A DNA stretch of 64,000 nucleotides from an uncultured Chloroflexia bacterium (GTDB lineage Bacteria; Chloroflexota; Limnocylindria; Limnocylindrales; CSP1-4): positions 124,003-188,002 of the forward strand of contig CAWCEC010000003.1 in NCBI GenBank assembly GCA_963794525.1. The letters run 5' to 3'. The position numbers were made by a program, and so were the translations under genes. The first letter of the stretch is position 1. Every line of letters begins with the position of its first letter. Shown here one piece after another: positions 1 to 9,973 of this stretch. The notes beneath the pieces are model-generated. The model was not told the origin of the DNA. It ran no database searches and was given only the letters and a program-made list of their open reading frames with translations.

Positions 1-396
1 ACGAAGGTCGATTACACGACGACCGGCGAGCGCTACGACTGGATCCTCGATACCGACTCGCACAAGTCGATCCTTCGATCGCGTCGCGCCCTGAAGCCGA
101 AGGGCGTCTACGTCACGCTCGGCGGCAACTCCGGGCCGTTGGTCAAGGCGATGCTGCTCGGGCCGTTGCTGTCGCTCGTCAGCGACCGCTACTCAGGCCT
201 CGTGTTGTGGTGGAAGCCGTTCCACCGACCCGACGTCGACCGGCTCAAGGAGCTGATCGCGGCCGGCAAGGTGCGGCCGGTGATCGACCGGCGCTACCCG
301 TTGAGCGAGATCGTCGAAGCCCTCCGCCACGTCGAGGATGGCAAGGCCCGCGGCAAGGTCGTCGTCACCATGGACGAACCCGGCGGCCCGGGGTAG
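1..396 (+). CDS. zinc-binding alcohol dehydrogenase / quinone oxidoreductase (MDR family), C-terminal part; 5' end lies outside the window
   Basis: Frame 1 is open from position 1. The C-terminal sequence GKVRPVIDRRYPLSEIVEALRHVEDGKARGKVVV is a typical MDR-family tail. Confidence 0.65.
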   Translation, partial: TKVDYTTTGERYDWILDTDSHKSILRSRRALKPKGVYVTLGGNSGPLVKAMLLGPLLSLVSDRYSGLVLWWKPFHRPDVDRLKELIAAGKVRPVIDRRYPLSEIVEALRHVEDGKARGKVVVTMDEPGGPG

Positions 397-405
397 GGCG
401 GACGG

Positions 406-777
406 TCAGCGGTGCTGATCGACGAGGATCGGGTTGCCGTCCGGATCCTCGATGATGAAGCTGCCGGGACCCGGGCCCGACTCGTCGGCCTCGGCGATGA
501 ACTGGACGCCCTGCTCGCGGAGTCGGCGCTGCAGGTCCCTGATGTCGGTGAACGGGTCGACGGGCTGCGCGGCGCTGTCCCAGCCGGGATTGAATGTCAG
601 CGTGTTCTTCTCGAACATGCCATGGAACAGCCCGATCACGTAATCGGCGTTCTTGAGGATCACCCAGCCTTGCGACGCATCGCCGTGGAACTGCTCGAAC
701 CCGAGCTTCTCGTAGAACCGTTTCGACGCGTCGAGATCCTTGACCGAGAGACTCACCGAGAATGCGCCGAGGTCCAT
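406..777 (-). CDS. VOC / glyoxalase-bleomycin resistance family protein
   Basis: 123 aa with a glyoxalase-like fold signature (SVSLSVKDLDASKRFYEKLGF, GPGSFIIEDPDGNPI). Confidence 0.8.
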   Translation of the reverse strand: MDLGAFSVSLSVKDLDASKRFYEKLGFEQFHGDASQGWVILKNADYVIGLFHGMFEKNTLTFNPGWDSAAQPVDPFTDIRDLQRRLREQGVQFIAEADESGPGPGSFIIEDPDGNPILVDQHR

Positions 778-803
778 GCCGTTCCCTCCTCCGAGTCGTT
801 CCG

Positions 804-1481
804 ATGAGTCTACCGGGGCCGTCGGACGCGACTCCGTTGCGGGTCGTCATCGCCGAGGATTCGGCGCTGATCCGCGAGGGGATCGCACGGCTCATCGAGG
901 AATCGGGCGGGACCGTCGTCGCCAAGGTCGCTGACGGGGAGACATTCGTGGAGGCCGTGGAGCGCGAACGGCCCGACGTCTCGGTGGTCGACGTGCGCAT
1001 GCCCCCCAGCCAACGCGACGAGGGCCTGCGAGCAGCGATCGAGGCACGGCGGCGTGTGCCGGGCACTCCGATCCTCGTGCTCAGCCAGTACGTCGAGCGC
1101 CAGTACGCCACAGAGCTGCTCGCCGACGGCGCGGGTGGCGTCGGCTACCTGCTCAAGGATCGTGTCGGCGACATCCCGGAGTTCATGGACGCGCTCCGCC
1201 GCGTCGCACGCGGAGGGACGGCGCTCGATCCCGAGGTCGTCGCGCAGCTGATGGTCCGAAACCGCGCCGACCATCCGCTGTCCGCGCTGACCCCCCGCGA
1301 GCGCGACGTGCTCGCGGCGATGGCCGAGGGTCGCACGAACCTTGGGATCGCCAGGCTGCTGACCATCAGCGAGGGCGCGACGGAGAAGCACATCAGCAAC
1401 ATCTTCGGCAAGCTCGATCTGCCCGATTCGCAGGACGACCATCGGCGCGTGCTGGCGGTGTTGACCTACCTCGGGTCCTAG
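804..1481 (+). CDS. two-component response regulator, NarL/LuxR family (REC + HTH_LuxR)
   Basis: Receiver motifs (VVIAEDSALIREG, DVSVVDVRMP) and a C-terminal LuxR HTH (LTPRERDVLAAMAEGRTNLGIARLL). An internal ATG at 804 is chosen because it avoids overlap with the divergent glyoxalase gene. Confidence 0.85.
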   Translation: MSLPGPSDATPLRVVIAEDSALIREGIARLIEESGGTVVAKVADGETFVEAVERERPDVSVVDVRMPPSQRDEGLRAAIEARRRVPGTPILVLSQYVERQYATELLADGAGGVGYLLKDRVGDIPEFMDALRRVARGGTALDPEVVAQLMVRNRADHPLSALTPRERDVLAAMAEGRTNLGIARLLTISEGATEKHISNIFGKLDLPDSQDDHRRVLAVLTYLGS

Positions 1482-2842
1482 CTGGAGCCTCGCGGCACCT
1501 CTGCTGCGGCTGCTGTCAGCGGAAGCTCCGCCCGGACGACCGTCGGTCCGCCGTCCGGGCTGCTCACCGAGAACACACCGTCCACGCCCGCGACCCGTCC
1601 CGCCAGGCCCTCAAGTCCGCCGTCAGGCTCCTGACGTGCGCCACCCGCACCGTTATCCCACACCTCGACGACGAGCCGTCCGTCCTCACGGCGGCAACGG
1701 ATCTCGCACCGGGTCGCGCCGCTGTGCTTGGCGACGTTGGCCAGAGCTTCCGCGACGACGAAGTACGCGGCCCGCTCGACGGCGGGCGCGAAGCGCTCGC
1801 CAGCGGCCAGGTCGCTCCTGATCACGGTCGGCACGGGCCCACGCCCGCTGATCGATCCCAGCGCCGGCACGAGGCCCCGATCCAGCAGGATCGACGGCGC
1901 GATCCCGCGGACGAGCTCGCGGATCTCAGCGAGCGCCTCGCGCGCCTGTGTCTGACCCTCGAGGATGAGCTGTTTCGCACCCGCCGGATCGCTGTCGATC
2001 CGCTCGCTGGCGAGGCCGAGGTCGATCGAGAGCATGACCAGTCGCTGCTGAGCACCGTCATGAAGATCGCGCTCGATGCGGTGGAGCTCGCTCGCTTCCA
2101 CATCCAGCACGGCCGAGCGACTCTCGCGCAGCTGCTGGACCTGGCGCCGCAGTTCGCGGCTCTCCGACGTGCACAGCAACCCGGTCACGACGGCGCGATG
2201 CAGCCGCATGACCAGTTGTGACAACGAAGCGGCCACCGGCAGGAGCGCCAGCCCCGCGATCGAGCCGATCCAGCTCGGCGGTGCCCCGATCGGTGCGTCG
2301 TACCACGCCGGCATCGTGAGCATGACCACGGCGGCCACCCAGACGAGGCCGATGACGACGAACTCGATGATCGCGAGTGGCAGGTTGATCGCGACGTACA
2401 ACACATCGCGCCAACGGCTCTCGTCAGCGAATTCGGCGCGCAACAGGTCGACCACGCCGCCGCGAAGCGGCTTGTATGGATGGGCGGGCGGGCGGCTCGG
2501 CTCACCGACGAACACGCGCCAGCGCTCAAGCCGGGCAACGAGCCGCGAACCTTCGATCGCGAGCGCGAGCAGGACGACGCCGATCCCCACGAAGATCGTG
2601 CTCATCCCCGTCGACGCGACGGTCAGCACGACGGCGAACGCGCCGAGTCCGACGAACAGGCCGAGGATGATCGCGCCGTTCGCGTACCACGTGGTCGGAT
2701 GGAACGGGGCGAGGAGGAACGTGTCCAGTAGGGAACGACTGATCCCCGGCCGAGCGAACGTCGCTCCGCCGGGGATCCGGGCCGCCCCCAGCCCGGCGAG
2801 GATCAGCAGCAGCCCGAGAACGAGGACTGCCGCCTCGATCAC
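1478..2842 (-). CDS. sensor histidine kinase (HisKA_3 + HATPase_c) with an N-terminal multi-pass membrane sensor domain
   Basis: Carries an H-box (LHRIERDLHDGAQQRL) and an ATPase region (EALANVAKHSGA, VWDNGAGG). Its 3' end overlaps the regulator gene by 4 bp in convergent orientation. Confidence 0.85.
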   Translation of the reverse strand: MIEAAVLVLGLLLILAGLGAARIPGGATFARPGISRSLLDTFLLAPFHPTTWYANGAIILGLFVGLGAFAVVLTVASTGMSTIFVGIGVVLLALAIEGSRLVARLERWRVFVGEPSRPPAHPYKPLRGGVVDLLRAEFADESRWRDVLYVAINLPLAIIEFVVIGLVWVAAVVMLTMPAWYDAPIGAPPSWIGSIAGLALLPVAASLSQLVMRLHRAVVTGLLCTSESRELRRQVQQLRESRSAVLDVEASELHRIERDLHDGAQQRLVMLSIDLGLASERIDSDPAGAKQLILEGQTQAREALAEIRELVRGIAPSILLDRGLVPALGSISGRGPVPTVIRSDLAAGERFAPAVERAAYFVVAEALANVAKHSGATRCEIRCRREDGRLVVEVWDNGAGGARQEPDGGLEGLAGRVAGVDGVFSVSSPDGGPTVVRAELPLTAAAAEVPRGSS

Positions 2843-3318
2843 GCCTCCGGCTGCTCAGGCTGGCCGGGCTGGCCGGGCTGGCCGCGACGGACCGCCCAGG
2901 CGATCAGCAGGCCACCGACACCGACGAGGAACGCCGGCCACAGGTAGCGCCACGAGTCGGTCCAGGCGGGCAGCAGCGCATCGACGAGAGCCAGCGCCCC
3001 GAACAGGATCAGGACCGCACCGAGGAACATCGTGCCTCGACCGGAGCCCGCCCCGCGGGAGCTGTGCAGATGCCCACCGACGGCATCACCGCCGGTGGCG
3101 ACCACCGCGGCTTCCTCGGCCGTCACGGGCTCGAGGGGCACGATGATCACGAGGCCGAAGTAGAGCAGGATGCTGAGCCCGCCGGTCACGAAGATCGACA
3201 GGAACCAGAGCACCCGCATGAGGGTCGGGTCCAGTCCGTAGAACTCGGCAAGGCCTGCGGCGACCCCGGCGATCCTGCGGTCATGGCGGCAACGATAGAG
3301 ACGGCGGTTCACGAGCAT
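2839..3318 (-). CDS. PspC-domain membrane protein
   Basis: Canonical PspC motif RLYRCRHDRRIAGVAAGLAEFYGLDPTLMRVLWFLS followed by transmembrane segments. It overlaps the kinase gene by 4 bp. Confidence 0.8.
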   Translation of the reverse strand: MLVNRRLYRCRHDRRIAGVAAGLAEFYGLDPTLMRVLWFLSIFVTGGLSILLYFGLVIIVPLEPVTAEEAAVVATGGDAVGGHLHSSRGAGSGRGTMFLGAVLILFGALALVDALLPAWTDSWRYLWPAFLVGVGGLLIAWAVRRGQPGQPGQPEQPEA

Positions 3319-3722
3319 CCTCCGATCGGATGGTTATCGAGAGTATCGAGGTCGAGATCGCCGTGGACGTCGTCCCAGCCGTGCCACGACGGGCTGATGG
3401 CGTCCGCGATCTCGCGTTGGATGGCCTGCCTGATGGCGACCCGCGTGGACGCGTCGCAGTCAGGTAGGTGGGTCGGGGCGATGGCGATCGCGCCACCCAG
3501 GACGAGCCCCGGGAGCGCGGCGGCGAGCATCCCGCCCTGAAGGCTGAAGCGCGAGCGTCGAAGGACGAGGCTCACGCCGATGGCGATGACCGCCAGCGGC
3601 CAGAGGCGCAGGGCGTCGGCCAGCCGAGCGTCGTCGATGGCGCCGGCGTCGGCGGCCACCAGCACCCCGCCGATGGCGACCAGGAAGACGCCCGTATAGA
3701 GAAGTCCGCGGTTGACCCGCAT
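3309..3722 (-). CDS. membrane protein, LiaF-like / PspC-associated (function unknown)
   Basis: Internal ATG at 3722 preceded by GGAGGG; two transmembrane helices then a soluble C-terminus. Position upstream of the PspC-kinase pair matches LiaF-type modules. Confidence 0.5.
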   Translation of the reverse strand: MRVNRGLLYTGVFLVAIGGVLVAADAGAIDDARLADALRLWPLAVIAIGVSLVLRRSRFSLQGGMLAAALPGLVLGGAIAIAPTHLPDCDASTRVAIRQAIQREIADAISPSWHGWDDVHGDLDLDTLDNHPIGGCS

Positions 3723-4021
3723 CGAATGTCCGTCCCTCCTTCGTCCGTGGCACGCGGTCGGCACCCGATGGGCCTTCGACGTCGTGCCGGCTCCCAATGT
3801 CAGGGAACGGCAGGCCGGCGCCCAGCCAGCCACCGGGCGTCTTCGCCGCTGGGGCTAGCCGCACCCCGGTGCGGTGATGCCCTCACAAATCACCGCGCCG
3901 GTGCATCCGCGCACCCCGGCATAGGAAGAAAGGGCTATCCTCCAGCAGGACCCCGACCCTAGGGCTTCTGGCCCCCAATCGGCACCGGGTCGGGCCAGAC
4001 CAATCCTTAGGGGGACGGGTC

Positions 4022-5965
4022 ATGTCGCTGCTTCAACGGATGGAGCGCGCACAGCAGGCCAAAGCCGCGGAGGCTGCTGCGGCGGCTGGCACAGCCGCAC
4101 CTGCGGGCGCACCGGCGCCAGCGGAGGCGCCAGCCGGGTCGAACGGGAATGGGACCGCCCACGCGTTCGCCGCCACGGCTGCGGTCGCACCCGCTGCGGA
4201 GCCGGCGACACACGAGACGCCGCTCGTCGCCGTCGGACCCGCTCCCACCGGCCACCTGATGAAGTCGGGCCCCGCTCCCGTCCGCGACGACCTGATCCGC
4301 GAGGTGCGGCTCCGGCTGCAGAAGGAAGTCGTCGTCGCGTTCCAGGCGCTGCTGGACGCCAAAGACGAGGACGTCCACAAGAAGATCGAGGCGCTCGTCG
4401 ACAGGGTCATCGCGCAGAACGGCTTCGCCGTGACGCGCGAGGAACGCGGCCGCCTGGTCGAGGACATGGTCCACGACGTCACCGGCTTCGGGCCGCTGGA
4501 ACCGCTGCTCGCCGACCCGACCATCACCGAGGTCATGGTCAACGGCCCGGACCACATCTACATCGAGCGAGGCGGCAAGATCCAGCGCATCGAAAGCGTC
4601 TTCCTGAACAACGAGCACGTCCTGCGGATCATCGACCGCATCATCACCCCGCTCGGGCGGCGGATCGACGAAACGAGCCCTCGGGTCGATGCCCGCCTCC
4701 CGGACGGCTCCCGCGTGAACGCGGTGATCGAGCCGCTGTCGCTGGTGGGCCCGGTGATCACGGTCCGGAAGTTCGCACAGACGCCGTTCACCGTCGACGA
4801 CCTCGTCAAGTTCGGGACCGCCACACCCGAGATGTTCGACTTCCTGAAGGCGTGCATCGAGGCGCGCCTCAACCTGTTCGTCTCCGGCGGCACCGGATCG
4901 GGCAAGACGACGACCCTCAACGTGCTCTCATCCTTCATCCCCAACGACGAACGGATCGTCACCATCGAGGATGCCGCTGAGCTCCAACTCCGCCAGGACC
5001 ACGTGATCACGCTCGAGTCGCGACCTTCCAACCTCGAAGGCGAGGGCGAGATCACGATCCGAAGCCTGCTGCGGAACGCGATGCACATGCGCCCGGACCG
5101 GATCATCGTCGGCGAGTGCCGCGCGGGCGAGGCGCTCGACATGCTGCAGGCGATGACGACCGGCCACGACGGGTCACTCTCGACCGGCCACGCCAACAGC
5201 CCCAAGGACATGCTCCGCCGCCTCGAGACCATGGTGCTGATGACCGGTTACAAGTTGCCGCTGCGGGCCATCCGGGAGCAGATGTCGTCGGCGGTCGACG
5301 TCATCGTCCACACCGCGCGGCTCAAGGACGGCACGCGCAAGATCGTCAACATCACCGAGATCTACGGCACCGAGGATGACGAGATCCTCACACAGGACAT
5401 CTTCACGTTCGTGCAGTCCGGATACCACGAAGGCAAGATCGAGGGCGCCCTCAAACCGACCGGCATCAGGCCCACGTTCATGAGCCAGTTCAAGCGGGCC
5501 GGGGTCGATCTCCCCGAAGGCGAATTCGGCATCCCGCCCGAGGATCCCGAGAAACCGATCCGGCCGCTGAAGACCCGGTTCGGCGCCAAGATGAGCACCC
5601 ACGCCGAGTTCACACCCGTGCCGAGCAACGACGGTCATACGGTCGTCGCGGGCGGCATGGTCTACGTGTCGTCGATCGGGCCCATCGACCACGATACCGG
5701 CCAGGTCGTGACCGGCTCGATCAAGGATCAGGCCCGCCGGTGCATGGCGAACCTGAGTGAAAAGCTCGAGGGCGTCGGGAGCTCGCTCGAGAAGGTCGTC
5801 TGGGCGAACTGGTCGCTGAAGGATCCGACGGACTTCGACGAGTTCCAGGAAGAGTGGGTCCGCTGGTTCGCGGCCGATGCGCCGCTCGGCCAGATGACGA
5901 TCATGCCACCGCTCCAGCGCCGGGCCGGCTATGGCATCTCGCTCGGAGTGATCGCGACGCTCTAA
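4022..5965 (+). CDS. cpaF: CpaF/TadA-family secretion ATPase (aa 1-~515) read in frame with a RidA/YjgF-family domain (aa 524-647)
   Basis: Walker A GGTGSGKTT and the CpaF tail FVQSGYHEGKIEGALKPTGIRPTFMSQFKRAG. The RidA domain starts at an internal ATG at 5591 (MSTHAEF...GQMTIMPPLQRRAGYGISLGV). An alternative-frame TGA at 5568-5570 suggests the fusion may be an indel artefact. Confidence 0.75.
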   Translation: MSLLQRMERAQQAKAAEAAAAAGTAAPAGAPAPAEAPAGSNGNGTAHAFAATAAVAPAAEPATHETPLVAVGPAPTGHLMKSGPAPVRDDLIREVRLRLQKEVVVAFQALLDAKDEDVHKKIEALVDRVIAQNGFAVTREERGRLVEDMVHDVTGFGPLEPLLADPTITEVMVNGPDHIYIERGGKIQRIESVFLNNEHVLRIIDRIITPLGRRIDETSPRVDARLPDGSRVNAVIEPLSLVGPVITVRKFAQTPFTVDDLVKFGTATPEMFDFLKACIEARLNLFVSGGTGSGKTTTLNVLSSFIPNDERIVTIEDAAELQLRQDHVITLESRPSNLEGEGEITIRSLLRNAMHMRPDRIIVGECRAGEALDMLQAMTTGHDGSLSTGHANSPKDMLRRLETMVLMTGYKLPLRAIREQMSSAVDVIVHTARLKDGTRKIVNITEIYGTEDDEILTQDIFTFVQSGYHEGKIEGALKPTGIRPTFMSQFKRAGVDLPEGEFGIPPEDPEKPIRPLKTRFGAKMSTHAEFTPVPSNDGHTVVAGGMVYVSSIGPIDHDTGQVVTGSIKDQARRCMANLSEKLEGVGSSLEKVVWANWSLKDPTDFDEFQEEWVRWFAADAPLGQMTIMPPLQRRAGYGISLGVIATL

Positions 5966-5970
5966 GCGGG

Positions 5971-7308
5971 CTACGGGCTCCAGAAGGCGCTCTCGCCGTC
6001 GAGGTGCATGGGGTCCCTGCCGTCCACGAAGCGGACTGTCACGCGGGTGACGCCGTCCTCGCCGATCTCGGGCAACAGCATCGACGAGCTATCCGGGGCC
6101 CACGACTGATGGCTGAGCGCGTACTGGTCGAAGTACGCCAGGTGCGTCTCGATGAAACGCTGTCCGGGTGTCACGACCGGCTGCGATCGCGTCTCGCCCG
6201 ACTCGACGTCGACGAACAGCAACCGCACGACGCGCTCCGGCTCCTCGGGGGATGGGACGCCGCCCGACGGTGAGGCTGAGCCGACGGCCGGCTGGACCCG
6301 GAGCGCTGAGATCGTCCGACCATCCGGCGACCACCAGAAGCCGACCACGAAACCATCGATCAGCGTGCGGACCTCGCCGCTCATGACGTCGATCAGACGA
6401 AGCGGGCCGACCGGGAAGCCGACATCCGGCGGGACCGGCTCGTTCGGGCCGATGGTCGCCACGGTCGCGCCGGCGGCATCGAATGCCATCGCCGACGGTC
6501 CGAATACCGGCATCTCGTGCTCGTTGGATCCGTCACGCGAGGCGACGACGATCGCGCTGTCGGTGCGATCGGTGCCCCGGACGAACGCGATCGACGTGCC
6601 GTCGCGGTTCACGACGGCCGATCGGAACTCACCTGGATCCCTGAGGCCGGTCCCGATCGCATCGCCGTCCAGGCCGATCTCGCCGAGGAACGCCTCTGGC
6701 CCCGTCCCGATGTGGGCGAGCAACCTGTCCTGCCCGATCCAGTCGTAGTACAACGGGTTCCCGGTGCGGACCTTTGCCCCCGGCCCCGTGCCGTCCAGGG
6801 GCGCATTGCCATCACTCGGGGCAAGCCGCAGCGACAGGGCGTCCGCCTCGGTGGCGAGGAACGACACCGCCTGACTGTCCGGCGTCCAGTAGAGGTAGAA
6901 CGGTTCGATCGCCTCGTTGCTCAAGATGACCACGGGCTCGGTCGCGCCCGCCGCGGTGTCGAAGACGACGAGATCCGCGCCTGCGGTCTCCCGCGCCCGC
7001 ACCGTCGCGATGTGCGTCCCATCCGGCGACCAGGTCGGGAATCCGAACGTGCCACCCGACGCGTCGGCCAGCAGCGTCGACTGCCCGTCGGCGCCGACGA
7101 TCGACAGCGAGCCGTCCGCTCCCCGGACGGCGATCGAGCCACTCGACGCGATCGGTTGCGAAGGTCGGGTCGAGGCGCTTGGCCTGGCGCTCGCTACCGC
7201 AGAGGGCGCGACCGCCGCGCTTGGGACAAGGCTCCCGGATGGCGCCGGTCCGCCGCACGCGGCGACCGCGATCAGCGCCACCGAGCCCAGGAGCGCGACG
7301 CGCCTCAT
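5971..7308 (-). CDS. lipoprotein with TolB-like (PD40/WD40-like) beta-propeller
   Basis: Signal peptide and lipobox (LIAVAACGG) followed by repeated WSPDG motifs. Confidence 0.7.
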   Translation of the reverse strand: MRRVALLGSVALIAVAACGGPAPSGSLVPSAAVAPSAVASARPSASTRPSQPIASSGSIAVRGADGSLSIVGADGQSTLLADASGGTFGFPTWSPDGTHIATVRARETAGADLVVFDTAAGATEPVVILSNEAIEPFYLYWTPDSQAVSFLATEADALSLRLAPSDGNAPLDGTGPGAKVRTGNPLYYDWIGQDRLLAHIGTGPEAFLGEIGLDGDAIGTGLRDPGEFRSAVVNRDGTSIAFVRGTDRTDSAIVVASRDGSNEHEMPVFGPSAMAFDAAGATVATIGPNEPVPPDVGFPVGPLRLIDVMSGEVRTLIDGFVVGFWWSPDGRTISALRVQPAVGSASPSGGVPSPEEPERVVRLLFVDVESGETRSQPVVTPGQRFIETHLAYFDQYALSHQSWAPDSSSMLLPEIGEDGVTRVTVRFVDGRDPMHLDGESAFWSP

Positions 7309-7436
7309 CGACTAACGATACGCGCCACTCCCGGCCATGGATCCCGCGGGCGACATCCCGCTGGCGACGGCGGGCGCGCAGGCTTACCGTATCCTCGGGA
7401 CCCCAGCCTGTTGCGACATGGAGGCAAGTCCGTCCG

Positions 7437-9404
7437 ATGACGGTCGAGACAGTCGAGCTCGGTCGCGACGCGATCGATCGACGCGCCTGGGAGGAAGCGG
7501 TCGAGGCCTTCGACGCCGCCGACCGTGATGGTGCGCTGGCACCGGCAGACCTCGAGCTGCTGGGCGCCGCCCGGTGGTGGTCAGGACACCCCGCGGAGGC
7601 TGCCGACGCGCTCGAGCGTGCGTTCACGGGGTTCGTCGAGACCGGCGCGGTCAAGGAGGCCGCCTGGGTCGCGCTCCAGCTCGCGTATCAGGCATTCCGA
7701 CGTCGGCTGAGCTCCATCGGCGGCGGGTGGCTGATGCGCGCCGAACATCTCCTCGAGGGTCAGCCCGAGTCGAACATCCACGCCCGGGCCATGGTGTTCC
7801 AGGCCATCGGAGCGTTGATGGCGAGCCGCCTCACGGAAGGGACCGAGCTCGCCGATCGTGCGATGGAGCTGGCTCGGAAACACGATGACCTGAACTCGAT
7901 GTACATGGCGATGAGCCTCAAGGGCTTGGGGAACGTGTTCGGCGGCGACTGGCAAGCCGGCCTCGCCCTCATCGATGAGGCCGCAACGGCCGCATCATCC
8001 GGTCAACTCGACCTACGCGTAGCGAGTGACATCTACTGCAACACGATCGCCGCGTGCCGGGACATCGGGGACTACAAGCGGGCCGGGCAGTGGGCAGAGG
8101 AAGGCGAGCGCTGGATGCGCCGCCAGTCGATCGGCGGCTACCCGGGCATCTGTCGGGTCCATCGCGCGGAGCTCAAGATGCTGCGCGGCCTGTGGCCCGA
8201 GGCGGAGCAGGAGGCACGCCAGGCGTGCGAGGAACTCGAGCGTTTCGGGCTTCTCGATTCCATGGGTTGGGCGCACTACCAGGTCGGCGAGGTCCGCTTG
8301 CGGATGGGCGACCTCGATGGTGCAGCAGAGGCGTTCGACCGGGCATACGAGTACGGGCACGATGCCCAGCCCGGCTTGGCGCTGCTGCAACTGGCTCGTG
8401 GCGAGGTCGACGAAGCTGCCCGCTCCATCGCGCGGGCGATCGCCGTGACGAAGGGGGCCGACCGGAACATCGATCGGGCCACCCGCGCCCGCCTGTTGCC
8501 CGCCCAGATCGACATCGCGCTCGCCGCAGGCGATCTCGAAACGGCCGGTCCGGCCGTCGATGAGCTCGAGTCGATCGCGACCGACTTCCAGCGACCGGTC
8601 TTCGAGGCGGGCGCGCTGACGGCGCGGGGCGAACTCCTCCTCCGCGAGGACCGGCCGGCCGAGGCATCCCCGATCCTGGGGCGATCCTGGCGGCTCTGGC
8701 AGGAGTCCGACCTCCCGTACGAGAGCGCGCTGGCCCGCCTCCACTACGCCGAGGCGCTGGCGGCCGACGGTGACGAGACGGCTTCTCGGCGCGATCTTCG
8801 TGCGGCTCGAAGCGCGTTCGAGCGCCTGGGCGCGACGCGGGACCTGCAGCGGGTCGATGCCATGCTCGGCGAGGACGCGGCCATGGCTGCCCCGTCATCG
8901 CGGCGCGTGACCAAGACGTTCATGTTCACCGACATCGTCACCTCGACCGACCTGGTCGGCCTCATCGGCGACGACGCCTGGGAGGAGCTGCTGCGCTGGC
9001 ACGACCGGGAGCTGCGATCGGCGTTCGCGCACCATCGTGGCGAGGAGGTCAATTCGACGGGCGACGGCTTCTTCGTCGCCTTCGAGCGGGCGGCCGACGC
9101 CATCGACTGCGCGGTCGACATCCAGCGCCGGCTCACGCGCCACCGTCGTGAGCACGGCTTCGCCCCGTTGGTCCGCATCGGGATCCACACCACCGAGGCG
9201 GCACACCAGGGCAGGGACTACCGGGGTAAGGGTGTGCACGTCGCTGCTCGCGTCAGTGCTGCCGCGGCCGCGGAGGAGATCCTTGTCTCGAGCGCCGCGC
9301 TGAGCGGGACAGGGCCGATCCGGTTCAGCCTGTCCGAGCCGCGTCAGCTGACGCTCAAGGGCGTCGAGGAGCCCGTGGAGGCGCGCAGCGTCGACTGGCG
9401 CTAG
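7437..9404 (+). CDS. TPR-repeat protein with a C-terminal class III adenylate/guanylate cyclase domain
   Basis: Start at MTVETVELG; the upstream part of the ORF overlaps the convergent lipoprotein gene. Cyclase motifs FMFTDIVTSTDL and NSTGDGFFVAFE are present, with TPR-like helical repeats N-terminal to them. Confidence 0.8.
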   Translation: MTVETVELGRDAIDRRAWEEAVEAFDAADRDGALAPADLELLGAARWWSGHPAEAADALERAFTGFVETGAVKEAAWVALQLAYQAFRRRLSSIGGGWLMRAEHLLEGQPESNIHARAMVFQAIGALMASRLTEGTELADRAMELARKHDDLNSMYMAMSLKGLGNVFGGDWQAGLALIDEAATAASSGQLDLRVASDIYCNTIAACRDIGDYKRAGQWAEEGERWMRRQSIGGYPGICRVHRAELKMLRGLWPEAEQEARQACEELERFGLLDSMGWAHYQVGEVRLRMGDLDGAAEAFDRAYEYGHDAQPGLALLQLARGEVDEAARSIARAIAVTKGADRNIDRATRARLLPAQIDIALAAGDLETAGPAVDELESIATDFQRPVFEAGALTARGELLLREDRPAEASPILGRSWRLWQESDLPYESALARLHYAEALAADGDETASRRDLRAARSAFERLGATRDLQRVDAMLGEDAAMAAPSSRRVTKTFMFTDIVTSTDLVGLIGDDAWEELLRWHDRELRSAFAHHRGEEVNSTGDGFFVAFERAADAIDCAVDIQRRLTRHRREHGFAPLVRIGIHTTEAAHQGRDYRGKGVHVAARVSAAAAAEEILVSSAALSGTGPIRFSLSEPRQLTLKGVEEPVEARSVDWR

Positions 9405-9433
9405 CCGCCGCACGCCCTCGAAAGACTGCGCTC

Positions 9434-9913
9434 CTAGACCGCGAGCACTCGCCGCAACTCCTCCTCGGCCTCCGGCGGCAAGGTCGTCTGGATCAGGTCG
9501 CCCTTGAACGGACGAAGCGCGGCGATGAGAGTCCCGGCCGAGCCTTCCCGGATGACCAGGAACAGCGCCGACCTCCCGGGGCTGAGCTGCTGCTCCATCT
9601 CCTTGATGAACGCGGGCTCGACCCCGGACTTGAGCATCGAGCCGATCGCGCCCCCCGCCGCGGCTCCGATCGCCGCCCCAGCGACGGGGAAGAAGAACAC
9701 GACGAAGGAACCGACGACCGCCCCGATCGCGGCGCCGGTCTCGGTCGCACCTGTCAGCTCATTCTTGACGTGGACTTTGCCGTCGTCGGTTCGGGACAGG
9801 ACCGCCGAGTCCTCGAGCTTGATCTGGCCTTCCTTCTCGAGCCCACGCACATGCTGCATGGCCTTCTGCGCGTCGTCCAACTGGTCGAACGCGACGACGA
9901 GGAGATCGCTCAT
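9434..9913 (-). CDS. DUF1269-family membrane protein
   Basis: Gly-rich transmembrane core (GAAIGAVVGSFVVFFFPVAGAAIGAAAGGAIG) flanked by soluble domains. Confidence 0.7.
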   Translation of the reverse strand: MSDLLVVAFDQLDDAQKAMQHVRGLEKEGQIKLEDSAVLSRTDDGKVHVKNELTGATETGAAIGAVVGSFVVFFFPVAGAAIGAAAGGAIGSMLKSGVEPAFIKEMEQQLSPGRSALFLVIREGSAGTLIAALRPFKGDLIQTTLPPEAEEELRRVLAV

Positions 9914-9973
9914 CTGCTGTCCTCCGTATCGAGGGTCACTCTCGACGGGAATGCCCTCATTGGTTGTCCGCGC

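Noticed and set aside
365-1111. 248-aa Arg/Pro-rich ORF on the minus strand
   Set aside because: It is antisense to the well-supported glyoxalase and response-regulator genes. The composition is typical of spurious ORFs in 70% GC DNA.
2076-3146. 356-aa plus-strand ORF
   Set aside because: It is antisense to the sensor kinase and PspC genes, is low-complexity and rich in Ser/Arg/Thr, and has no motifs.
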